DNA of 64,000 bases. It comes from Deltaproteobacteria bacterium (lineage in GTDB: Bacteria; Myxococcota_A; Polyangia; Polyangiales; Houyiibacteriaceae). Shown here piece after piece: positions 1-8,274 of the stretch (its first letter is position 1; each line of letters starts with the position of its first letter). The notes beneath the pieces were generated by a model. The model saw only the letters and a list, made by a program, of their open reading frames with translations, ran no database searches and was not told the origin of the DNA. Made by a program: the position numbers and the translations under genes. The DNA lies in NCBI GenBank assembly GCA_034670305.1, contig JAXMNT010000029.1, positions 1-64,000 of the forward strand, in the 5' to 3' direction.

Positions 1-41
1 TCGCGATGCTCGTCGCGCTGATCAAGCGATCTGACCGCTGA
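1..41 (+). CDS. 3' end of a gene running in from outside the window, probably a four-helix-bundle (23S rRNA-IVP/bAvd-like) protein
   Basis: Frame from position 3 reads AMLVALIKRSDR*. The duplicated copy at 25131-25199 extends it to NGLAHLEQVVAMLVALIKRSDR*, resembling the last helix of four-helix-bundle proteins. Only the tail is visible. Confidence 0.4.
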   Translation, partial: AMLVALIKRSDR

Positions 42-46
42 TCCGC

Positions 47-125
47 GGGCAAGGGCAAAGGCAAGGGCAGGGGCAAGGGGCAGGCTGCGAGAACGCCCTG
101 CGGGCGTTCTTCAGCAACCTGCTAG
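47..125 (+). repeat. (GGGCAA/GGGCAG)n hexamer array followed by a GCAGG...CCTGCTAG hairpin
   Basis: gggcaagggcaaaggcaagggcaggggcaaggggcaggctgcgagaacgccctgcgggcgttcttcagcaacctgctag; inner stem gaacgccc/gggcgttc. Confidence 0.85.
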
Positions 126-1436
126 CTAGAAGTTGATCCCGCTGCCGAGGTGCAGCCCGATCTCGTGCACGCGCAGGTCGGTCTGCGTCGTGTCGAGGAT
201 CATGGCCGGGTCGTCGGTGTCGTTCACCACCACCGCGCTCGCGTCTCCTCGGCCGTACGCGTAGCGTGCGCCGATGGTCGTCGTGAAGGTGATCGGCGCG
301 CCGGTGTCGAGCCGCCGCGCGGTGCGCGTCGCGATGCCCACGGTGCCACCGTAGAAGTCGATGCCGCCTGCTTTGTCGGCGGCGCGGTCGGTGAAACCGC
401 CCACCCCGAACGTGACCGCGTCGCTCAGCTCCACCATCGCGCCGACCCGGGCGTTCCAGCGCCAGTCGAGGTGCACGTTGCGCTCGTCGATGTCGAGCGG
501 GTGCTGCACGTCGCCGTCGATCGAGATCCATCCCCGATCGAACCGAAGCGCGATCGCGAGCCGGGCCCGAAGCGGCGCCGTCAGATCGAACCCGAAGTCG
601 TTGGATTTTACGTTCGTCGTCGTGAGCGAGACCCCCGTGGCGGCGCCCACCGACGCGGCCCCTTGGACCGAGTTCGACTCGAGGTGGGTGAACACACCGA
701 ACACCGGGCTGCGTATCGAGAGTCCCACCGACACCCGGTCGTGGGGCCGCCACTGCATGCCCAGGTCGATCTCGAGGCCCACGCCGGCAAAGAACGCGCT
801 GGACGACTGCACCAGAAACGCGCCGTCGCTCAGCCCACGGATCAGTCCACCGCTCGACTGCGAAGAGATCGACGCTTCCTGGTAGTCGACGACGAGCGAC
901 GCGCCGAAGGTGAAGTCGTCGCCGACGCGCGCGCCGAATCCACCCGCCAACCGGTAGTGCCGGTAGCCGAGCGAGTAGACCAGGCTCAGGTCCACCGGAC
1001 GGCGCGGGTCGAGGTAGCTCGTGCGGACCTCGACCGACTCCTGTTGCGGCACGAACACCCCGAGCGCGATCGAGAGCCCCGGCCGCAGACGGCGCGAGTA
1101 GCTCAGCGAGCTCGGCACGCTGCCGAGCGCGGTGACCGCGGCGTCTTCGTTCGGCTGCCCCTCCGGCTGGATGAAGTCGTCGATGCGGAACCGGCGCAAG
1201 ACGAAGAGCGAGGCCGAGCCGTCCACCTGATCGGAAGCCGCCCACCCGATGCCGGCCGGGTTGTGGTGCAGCGCGTTGCCGTCTTCCACGGTGGCACCGA
1301 CGGCGCCGCCGGTCAGCGCGGCGTCGTTGCCGACGGGGATGCCTTCGTCGTTGCCCGCGTGCGCAGTCCGGGGACACGCGGTGGCCGACACGGCGGCGAC
1401 GAGGAGGAGCAGGCCGATCCGTAGGGCGGGGCGCAT
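126..1436 (-). CDS. FadL/OmpP1-like outer-membrane beta-barrel transport protein
   Basis: Signal peptide ending AHA; N-terminal GGAVGA...ALHHNPAG resembles the FadL NPA hatch motif; alternating beta-strand pattern; C-terminal Phe (GINF). Start taken at ATG 1436. Confidence 0.7.
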   Translation of the reverse strand: MRPALRIGLLLLVAAVSATACPRTAHAGNDEGIPVGNDAALTGGAVGATVEDGNALHHNPAGIGWAASDQVDGSASLFVLRRFRIDDFIQPEGQPNEDAAVTALGSVPSSLSYSRRLRPGLSIALGVFVPQQESVEVRTSYLDPRRPVDLSLVYSLGYRHYRLAGGFGARVGDDFTFGASLVVDYQEASISSQSSGGLIRGLSDGAFLVQSSSAFFAGVGLEIDLGMQWRPHDRVSVGLSIRSPVFGVFTHLESNSVQGAASVGAATGVSLTTTNVKSNDFGFDLTAPLRARLAIALRFDRGWISIDGDVQHPLDIDERNVHLDWRWNARVGAMVELSDAVTFGVGGFTDRAADKAGGIDFYGGTVGIATRTARRLDTGAPITFTTTIGARYAYGRGDASAVVVNDTDDPAMILDTTQTDLRVHEIGLHLGSGINF

Positions 1437-1496
1437 GTGGGGGAGCATACCCAATGCGAGTGGGCGCCACGCTCAAATCCCTCTAGCTTGTCTTCC

Positions 1497-4385
1497 ATGC
1501 GATGGGGTGTGTGGTGTGCGGTGTGGTGCCTCGCCTGCGGCGGGGATCCCATGCCCGGTGTGGATGGCGGGCTGCCGGTCGAATGCGTCTCGAGCGAGGA
1601 CTGCGACGACGGGCTCTTCTGCAACGGCCCGGAGACCTGCGATCCGGGCGCGCCAGAAGCGAGTCCAAGGGGCTGCGTGCCGGGTGTGCGCCCGTGCCTC
1701 GACGGTCAGGTCTGCGTCGAGGACGAAGAGATCTGCCGCACCCGATGCGACATCGAAGCCGACGCCGACGGCGACGGGGCGATCGCCACCGAATGCGGCG
1801 GCAGCGACTGCGACGACGCGGACCCGAACCGTTTCCCGGGCAACGTCGAGCGGTGCGACGGCGCCGGCCACGACGAAGACTGCGACCCGGACACGCTCGG
1901 AGACCAGGACGCCGACGGCGACGGCGCCATCGACGCGCGCTGTTGCAACGGAGACAACTGCGGCGACGACTGCGACGACTTGCGGGCGCAGGTCAACCCC
2001 GGCGGCACCGAGACCTGCGACGGGCGCGACGACGACTGCGACGGCGAGGTCGACGAAGGCGTGCGCATGGACGGCTTCGTCGACGCCGACCGCGACCTGC
2101 ACGGCGATCCCGATGCGCCGCGGACCGCGTGTGCCGACACGCCCGGCTTCAGCGTGGTCGGCGACGACTGCGACGACGCGGACGTCTCCCGCCACGGCGC
2201 ACAGGTGGAGCTCTGCGACGGCGTCGACAACGACTGCGACGGCACCGTCGACGAGAACCCGCGCGCGGTGCCCTGGTACCGCGACGCCGACGGAGACGGG
2301 TTCGGCGACGGAGACGGCGGCGTGGTGATCTCGTGCGCGCCGGTGCCGGCGCACTCCCTCCTCGCCACCGACTGCGACGACACGCGCCGCGGCCGCAACC
2401 CCGCTGCGACCGAGGCATGCAACGGACTCGACGACGACTGCAACGGCGTCGCCGACTACGATCTGGGGCCGAGCGGTTTCGAAGACGACGATGGCGACGG
2501 CGCGGTCGACATCGCCTGCCCGGGCATCGGCACCGACTGCGACGACACCGACCCGCTCGTCGCTACGGGCGCTGTCGAGCTCTGCATGGACGGCATCGAC
2601 GACGACTGCGACGGCCTGATCGACGAGACGAGCGAAGACCTCGACTGGCACGTCGATCTCGACCGCGACGGCTACGCGCCGACCGGCGGCACCGCGGTGG
2701 TCTCCTGCGGCCGCGTGCCCGGCCGCACCTACCGGCTCGGGGACTGCGACGACAGCGCGCCCGACATCCACGCCGGCGCGCCCGACGGCTGCGACGGAGT
2801 CGACGAAGACTGCGACGGGCCCATCGACGAAGACAGCCCGCGCCAGAACTTCTACGAAGACGTCGATGGAGACGGAGTCGGCGCGGGCGCTGCGGTGCTC
2901 GCCTGCCTCGCGCCGCCCGGCTTCTCAGCGTTCGGCGACGACTGCGACGACGCGTCCCCGACCGAAGGCCCCGCGACCGCGCGTTATGTGGACGACGACG
3001 GCGACGGAGTCGGCTCGAGCGTGGTCGCGTCGGTTGGTTGCGGCGCGCCCGCATCCGGCACCGCCGTCGTGCCGGGCGACTGCAACGACATGGCCGCGAG
3101 CGTCGGCGACTGCGACCTCGTGATGGGCGCCACCGCGTCCTGCGTCGCGGGCGCGTGCGTCATCGACAGGTGCGACGACATGCGCGTCGACTGCGACGGC
3201 GTGGTCGCGAACGGATGCGAGTCGGATCCCGAGACCGACCCGCTCTCGTGCGGTGGCTGCGCGATGCCCCGCTGCGGACTCGGCGCGGAGTGCGTCGCTG
3301 GCGTCTGCGACGAGACCCTGACCTCACTCGCCACCAGCACCGCCGGTGCCTGTGTGACACGCAACGGAGGCGCCACGGTGTGCTGGGGCCTCGGGCTTCA
3401 CGGAAGCACCACCGTTCCGGAGATCCGCACGCTCCCGCCCGCCCGCGCCGTCATGATGGGCGACAACGGAAACCACGCCTGCATCGTGCCGATGTCCGGC
3501 CCCGCGCTCTGCTGGGGCGCCAACTCCCCAGCCGGTGTGCTCGGCATCGGCAGCGGCGACGCGATCTTCCACGACCCGACCCCCATCGCGGTCGCAGATG
3601 CGGTGATGGTTCAGATCGGCGCCGTCTTCGGCTGCGCGCTGAGGCCGGGTGGCGAGGTCGCCTGCTGGGGATCCAACAGCCGCGGCATGCTCGGCAACGG
3701 AACGTTCGACGACTCCGCGACCCCGGTCGCCGTGGCCGTCTCCGCCGCCATCGACATCTCGGTCTCCCGCGATCACGCCTGCGCGATCCTCGACGACGGC
3801 GACACCAGCGACGGTGGTCCTGTCCGGTGCTGGGGCGGCGGCGCGTTCGGTCGACTCGGTGCCGGCACGAGCACCGACTCCAACCTGCCCGTGCCCGTCA
3901 CCGGCATCACCGATGCGGTGCAGGTCGCGCTCTACAGCGACGGTGGCTGCGCCCGCCTCGCGGGGGGCACCATGCGGTGCTGGGGCTACGGCGCGAACGG
4001 CACCCGCGGCGAAGGCACGTTCCCGCCCACGGTCCCAGCGATCCGCCTCACCCCGGGACCCGAGGTTGCTGGCATCGACAGCGCCACGGACCTCGCGTGC
4101 GGCACCAGCTCCTGTTGTGCCGTCGACGCGAGCGGGCTCATCTCCTGCTGGGGCCGAGGCGCCTCCGGTCGCCTCGGCAACGGCTCGACCGCCAGCGAAC
4201 CGGGCCCCGTCTCCATCTCCGGCCCCGCCGACTACGTCGACGTCGAAGTCGGCGACGCCTTCGCCTGCGCCCGCACCACCGATCACCGCGTCCGCTGCTG
4301 GGGCTACAACGGCAACTACCAACTCGGCAACGGCGACAGCACCGACAGCCACATCCCCATCGAAGTCTTCCGCCTCTCCCCCTGA
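1497..4385 (+). CDS. Surface lipoprotein with many putative metal-binding (MopE-like) Cys/Asp repeats and C-terminal RCC1-like repeats
   Basis: Lipobox-like CLAC; repeated DCDD...E.CDG.DDDCDG and Y.D.DGDG.G motifs; RCC1-type CWG.N..G.LG.G repeats in the last third. Confidence 0.85.
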   Translation: MRWGVWCAVWCLACGGDPMPGVDGGLPVECVSSEDCDDGLFCNGPETCDPGAPEASPRGCVPGVRPCLDGQVCVEDEEICRTRCDIEADADGDGAIATECGGSDCDDADPNRFPGNVERCDGAGHDEDCDPDTLGDQDADGDGAIDARCCNGDNCGDDCDDLRAQVNPGGTETCDGRDDDCDGEVDEGVRMDGFVDADRDLHGDPDAPRTACADTPGFSVVGDDCDDADVSRHGAQVELCDGVDNDCDGTVDENPRAVPWYRDADGDGFGDGDGGVVISCAPVPAHSLLATDCDDTRRGRNPAATEACNGLDDDCNGVADYDLGPSGFEDDDGDGAVDIACPGIGTDCDDTDPLVATGAVELCMDGIDDDCDGLIDETSEDLDWHVDLDRDGYAPTGGTAVVSCGRVPGRTYRLGDCDDSAPDIHAGAPDGCDGVDEDCDGPIDEDSPRQNFYEDVDGDGVGAGAAVLACLAPPGFSAFGDDCDDASPTEGPATARYVDDDGDGVGSSVVASVGCGAPASGTAVVPGDCNDMAASVGDCDLVMGATASCVAGACVIDRCDDMRVDCDGVVANGCESDPETDPLSCGGCAMPRCGLGAECVAGVCDETLTSLATSTAGACVTRNGGATVCWGLGLHGSTTVPEIRTLPPARAVMMGDNGNHACIVPMSGPALCWGANSPAGVLGIGSGDAIFHDPTPIAVADAVMVQIGAVFGCALRPGGEVACWGSNSRGMLGNGTFDDSATPVAVAVSAAIDISVSRDHACAILDDGDTSDGGPVRCWGGGAFGRLGAGTSTDSNLPVPVTGITDAVQVALYSDGGCARLAGGTMRCWGYGANGTRGEGTFPPTVPAIRLTPGPEVAGIDSATDLACGTSSCCAVDASGLISCWGRGASGRLGNGSTASEPGPVSISGPADYVDVEVGDAFACARTTDHRVRCWGYNGNYQLGNGDSTDSHIPIEVFRLSP

Positions 4386-4405
4386 CGCTGCATCCCGCGC
4401 ATCGT

Positions 4406-4505
4406 CCCTTGCCCCTGCCCTTGCCCCTGCCCTTGCCCTCGCGGTTGCCCTCGCGGCCCTTGCCCCTGCCCTTGCCCCTGCCCTTGCCCTCACGGCCCTT
4501 GCCCT
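4406..4505 (+). repeat. (CCCTTG/CCCCTG)n hexamer array
   Basis: About 100 bp of tandem gcccttgcccct-type units shortly after the stop at 4385. Confidence 0.9.
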
Positions 4506-4556
4506 CGTCGGCTCCCGACCTCGCGCCCCCCGTCCGCCCTCGCGTATAGTCGCGGC

Positions 4557-5387
4557 ATGACTTCCGCCTCCCGCGCGCTCCTCCTCTCTCTCCTCTGCGT
4601 CTCAGGCGCGTTCTTCACCGCCTGCGGAGACGACGACTCGTCCACCGCCGACACCGGCGGCGTCGACGCCTCGACCGAACGCGACACCGGCACGACGGAA
4701 GACACCGGCACGGCCGAAGACACCGGCACGGTTGAGGACACGGGCACCGAGGACACCGGCACCGAAGACGCGGGCACCGAAGACGCCGGCACCGAAGAAG
4801 ACGCCGGCACCGACGCCGGTCCGCGCGCCTGCGGTGATCTGCTCACCGTCTCCACCGTCGAAGAGCTCGTCGCGCTCGCCCCCGACCCCTACGGCCGGCC
4901 CGAGTTCGAGAGCGACTGGGAAGGCACCCTCGACATCACCACCACTGCCGCGTTCATGGTCCGGTCCAGCGACTTCCCGCGCCCGAGCGACTGCGTCGAC
5001 TTCTGCGAAACCAACGTGACTCGGCGTGGCGGCATGGGCGTCGCGTTTGCAGAAGGCGGCATCGCAGTCGAAGCCGGCGCCATGTTCCGGCTCCGCTTCG
5101 CGACCCAGTTCCTCGCGCCCGCCGGCGACTTCGCCATCGTCGCCTTCCACGACCCCTGCACCGCCGAGTGCGCCGACGGCGCGCGCCGATGCGACGACGA
5201 CAACGCCTGCTACCGCGCCGGAAGCTCCTACTGCCAAGCCTGCGACCACGAGTCCCAGCAGCGGTGCGCATGCGTCGGCCCCGACGGCGACCGCCCCGAA
5301 GGCTCCGACTGCACCATCATCACGGGCGACATCGCCGAAGTCGGCACGTGCAGCGCCGAAGGCACCTGCGAACGCACCGACTTCTAA
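4557..5387 (+). CDS. Hypothetical Cys-rich lipoprotein with EDTGT/EDAGT pentapeptide linker
   Basis: Lipobox FTAC; 15-18 bp tandem units encoding TEDTG/TEDAG; Cys-rich C-terminus. Confidence 0.8.
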   Translation: MTSASRALLLSLLCVSGAFFTACGDDDSSTADTGGVDASTERDTGTTEDTGTAEDTGTVEDTGTEDTGTEDAGTEDAGTEEDAGTDAGPRACGDLLTVSTVEELVALAPDPYGRPEFESDWEGTLDITTTAAFMVRSSDFPRPSDCVDFCETNVTRRGGMGVAFAEGGIAVEAGAMFRLRFATQFLAPAGDFAIVAFHDPCTAECADGARRCDDDNACYRAGSSYCQACDHESQQRCACVGPDGDRPEGSDCTIITGDIAEVGTCSAEGTCERTDF

Positions 5388-5402
5388 CCGCGCTACCCTG
5401 GT

Positions 5403-5750
5403 GTGATGTGGCGGAGCATTCAGGATGAGGAGTTGTTCGAGCGCCTCCGGCGCGAGCGGTTGATTCCCCTCGAACCGGTCATCGAACGGGCGCTGGCCGC
5501 GATGGCGGTCGAGTTGCCGTGGTTGTTTGTCGTGACCTCTCTTGGCTACGTCCGAGTAACGGTCGCGGGATACTCGGACAGCCCGCTCGACCCGCCCGCG
5601 ATACACATCGCGGCGCAGGGAGAAAGCGTCTGTCTGTCGTTCGTTGGCCCCAAGGAACGGATTGCCAGCGACGAGCGCGAAGTCTCTCCGGAGGACGCTG
5701 GGCGGGTCGCGCGGGAGATGTTCACGGGCTTCGAACCGGCGCCGTCCTGA
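5403..5750 (+). CDS. Small hypothetical protein
   Basis: 115-aa ORF of normal globular composition directly after the lipoprotein gene. Confidence 0.55.
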   Translation: MMWRSIQDEELFERLRRERLIPLEPVIERALAAMAVELPWLFVVTSLGYVRVTVAGYSDSPLDPPAIHIAAQGESVCLSFVGPKERIASDEREVSPEDAGRVAREMFTGFEPAPS

Positions 5751-5811
5751 CCAGACCCCGAGCATCTCGACGTGCTGGGGTCGGGCACGGGCACGTTCGG
5801 CGGTCGCGCGC

Positions 5812-6789
5812 TCAGGTTGGGTGGGCGGTGTAGTCGATGGCGACGGTGCTCTCTCGGAAGTCGGCGAGGGACTGGGTCCACATGCCGCCGGGCCAGCAGT
5901 ACTCCGCCGACCGCGCCACCGGGTCGTAGACCGCGGTGTAGAGCGTGCCCCAGCCGCCCGGGCGGAAGACCTGGTAGGTCGGCGGTTCGAGGAACCGGCG
6001 CCGGAACCGTTCGGCCGTCTCCGCCGGCGCATCGACGTGGGTGTCGAGGATGTTGAACCGGTCGATGCTCGCCACCGCGTGCAGGTACTGCGACCAGACC
6101 GCGCGCGGTTGGTGGTTGGTCGCGACCCGGCGGCGGGAGAGCGTCGTGTTGCGGTCCGGCCCGACGTAGGCCGTGACGAACGCGCCCTTCGCGTCGAGCA
6201 CCGTGATGTTGTACGCCATGTGGCTCGGCACCCGGGTCAGCACCGCTGCGGCTTCTTCCGTCGTCGAACAGGTCTCGAGCAAGTAGCGCAAGACCAGTGG
6301 GATCCCAAACCCGTCGCCCGTCACCCTCTGGCCTCCGAACGCGAGCGACACACTCACCCCCGCGGCGTTCACTCCGTCGAGCGCACCCCACCCGCAATCG
6401 CTCATCGCGACCACCGGCTGGATCCACTCGGTGCGCAAGAGCAACGCCTCCCAGAGGCCGGGCGCGTAGTCGTAGTTGCGCAGCAGACGCGGCCCACCCT
6501 TGAGCCAGACCGCTTGCGAGCAGCCGTGCACGTAGGGCGTCGGGCGGTAGAGGGAGAGGCAGCGCGCCACCGCATCGCCGCCGCCCGCCAGCTCCACGAG
6601 CTCATCGTAGATGGGCACGAGCTCCGGCATGTAGCGCGCGAGCATCTTCTTCGACGCGCCATAGCTCGGCCGCGCCGCGTCCCCTTCGCGCAGGAACCAG
6701 CGGCGGTAGGCCGGCCACATGGCGCGAAAGGTCCGGCCCCAGCGTTCGCCAGGCTTCGCCTCCTCGACCGCGCGTAAGACGACCGTCAC
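5812..6789 (-). CDS. C45-family autoproteolytic Ntn-hydrolase (acyltransferase/peptidase)
   Basis: HG|CSQ candidate autocleavage site; LLRNYDY, GALDGVNAAG and ATNH motifs typical of C45/AAT Ntn hydrolases. Confidence 0.8.
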   Translation of the reverse strand: MTVVLRAVEEAKPGERWGRTFRAMWPAYRRWFLREGDAARPSYGASKKMLARYMPELVPIYDELVELAGGGDAVARCLSLYRPTPYVHGCSQAVWLKGGPRLLRNYDYAPGLWEALLLRTEWIQPVVAMSDCGWGALDGVNAAGVSVSLAFGGQRVTGDGFGIPLVLRYLLETCSTTEEAAAVLTRVPSHMAYNITVLDAKGAFVTAYVGPDRNTTLSRRRVATNHQPRAVWSQYLHAVASIDRFNILDTHVDAPAETAERFRRRFLEPPTYQVFRPGGWGTLYTAVYDPVARSAEYCWPGGMWTQSLADFRESTVAIDYTAHPT

Positions 6790-6795
6790 GTGGGG

Positions 6796-8274
6796 TCAGA
6801 GGATCTTGAAGTTGCCGAAGTCGGCCACGGGAGACGCGACGGCGTGGGGACCCTCGGGCACGTGGCTGACGTAGCAGCCGTGGATGGCGTCGATCCACCG
6901 GCGCGCGCGATCGTTGAGCTCGAACTCGTCGGTCATCAGGCGCCCGGGCGTGATGAGGATGCCGAGGTCGGCGCCTTCGTAGAGCCAGTCGCCCGGCTTG
7001 GTGATGCGCAGGAAGAACCCTTCGTCCTCACGCTCCACCGTGCGTCGGTGGGTCTGCACCCGGATGAACTCGGCGGTGCCGTCGGGCATGAGGCGGTACA
7101 CCCCCGAGCGCGGCGCGCCGGTGACGATCTGGGCGACGTCGCCCGTGTGCTTCATGACCAGCTGGCCCCATCCGTCGATGTTCGAGGGGTCGCTCCAGCG
7201 TTCGTTGATCTCGTCGACGTCGAGCTCGAACGGCACGCCGGAGAACTCGAGCAGGTGGAAGAGAAAGAGTGGCGCGTCCGCGTGCGCGAAGGCGGCGAGG
7301 TTGGTCATCGCGCTCGCGCCGGTGATGCGCGGGTTCACTTCGCCGAGGTAGAGCGTGTCGGTGTCGAGGTCCCGGAGGAAGTCGAGCTCGAAGTAGCCGC
7401 GGTAGCCGAGCTCCTTGAGCTCGTTGCCGAACGCGATCGTCATCGCGCGCGCTTGGTCGCGCACGTCCTGGGTGAACGAGTCGGCGAGCACTTCGTTGCC
7501 GCACCAGCCGCCCTTGTACGGCGTGAGCGACGGGAACCCGACGAGCTCCGTCATGAGCGGTCCGACGATGGTTCCGTGCCGCGTGACGCACGCTTCCTGG
7601 GCCGCGCCGCGGCACCGGATGCGCTTCATGACCTTGACCTCGGGCGCTTCCAAGATCTCGGCTTCGTGCCGCTGGTACTCCTCTTCGTTCGAGACGAAGA
7701 AGGTCGTGTGGCCCGAGTCGCCGAACGCGGTTTGCAATACGAGCTGCTCGCCGAGCTCCGCGGTGCTCTCGCGCAGGTGCGCGTAGCTTTCGACCTTGGT
7801 GAGCACGTTCGGCACCGAGGCGATGCCAGCGCGGTTGCCGATGCGGGTGGTCTCGATCTTGTCGTCGACCATCGTGCGCAGCTTCGCGGGTGGGAAACAC
7901 ACGTCGAGGCCGAGCTCCTTGCAGAGCGCCTCGGTGGTCTCGTCGAAGAACAGGAACACCGCGCGACCGCGGCCTTCGCCGAGCCGCTGCTTCAAGTAGT
8001 CGACGACCTCTTTGTGCTCGAGCAGGTAGTTGTTGATGTCTTCGATGCTCGTGAACGGGCGGTGCGGCGCCTCGCTCGGCACGAACACGCTCGGGTGTTC
8101 CCCATCGAAGCAGTCGATGTAGTTGATGAACCGGAACGAGCGGACCCACTCGTCGATGCCGATGAGGTTGAAGTTCGTCGCGCTGATGAAGAAGGTCGGC
8201 GTCTCGTTGCGGTAGAAGTACCGCCGAATGTCGGAGAGCCCGTGCAGGGTGGGCTCGTCGTTCGGGTTCGTCAT
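6796..8274 (-). CDS. ATP-grasp ligase of unknown specificity (biotin-carboxylase-like fold)
   Basis: DDKIET, QTAFGDSGHTTF, GYRGYFELDFL and LYLGEVNPRITG (ExNPR) ATP-grasp motifs; no BCCP or carboxyltransferase gene nearby. Confidence 0.8.
   Translation of the reverse strand: MTNPNDEPTLHGLSDIRRYFYRNETPTFFISATNFNLIGIDEWVRSFRFINYIDCFDGEHPSVFVPSEAPHRPFTSIEDINNYLLEHKEVVDYLKQRLGEGRGRAVFLFFDETTEALCKELGLDVCFPPAKLRTMVDDKIETTRIGNRAGIASVPNVLTKVESYAHLRESTAELGEQLVLQTAFGDSGHTTFFVSNEEEYQRHEAEILEAPEVKVMKRIRCRGAAQEACVTRHGTIVGPLMTELVGFPSLTPYKGGWCGNEVLADSFTQDVRDQARAMTIAFGNELKELGYRGYFELDFLRDLDTDTLYLGEVNPRITGASAMTNLAAFAHADAPLFLFHLLEFSGVPFELDVDEINERWSDPSNIDGWGQLVMKHTGDVAQIVTGAPRSGVYRLMPDGTAEFIRVQTHRRTVEREDEGFFLRITKPGDWLYEGADLGILITPGRLMTDEFELNDRARRWIDAIHGCYVSHVPEGPHAVASPVADFGNFKIL

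Noticed and set aside
4696-4820. 15-18 bp tandem repeat as a separate DNA element
   Set aside because: It encodes an in-frame EDTGT/EDAGT linker of a lipoprotein.
6796-8274. Annotation as accC (true biotin carboxylase)
   Set aside because: It lacks the ANRGEIA and KAxxGGGGxG motifs, and no accB or carboxyltransferase gene is nearby.
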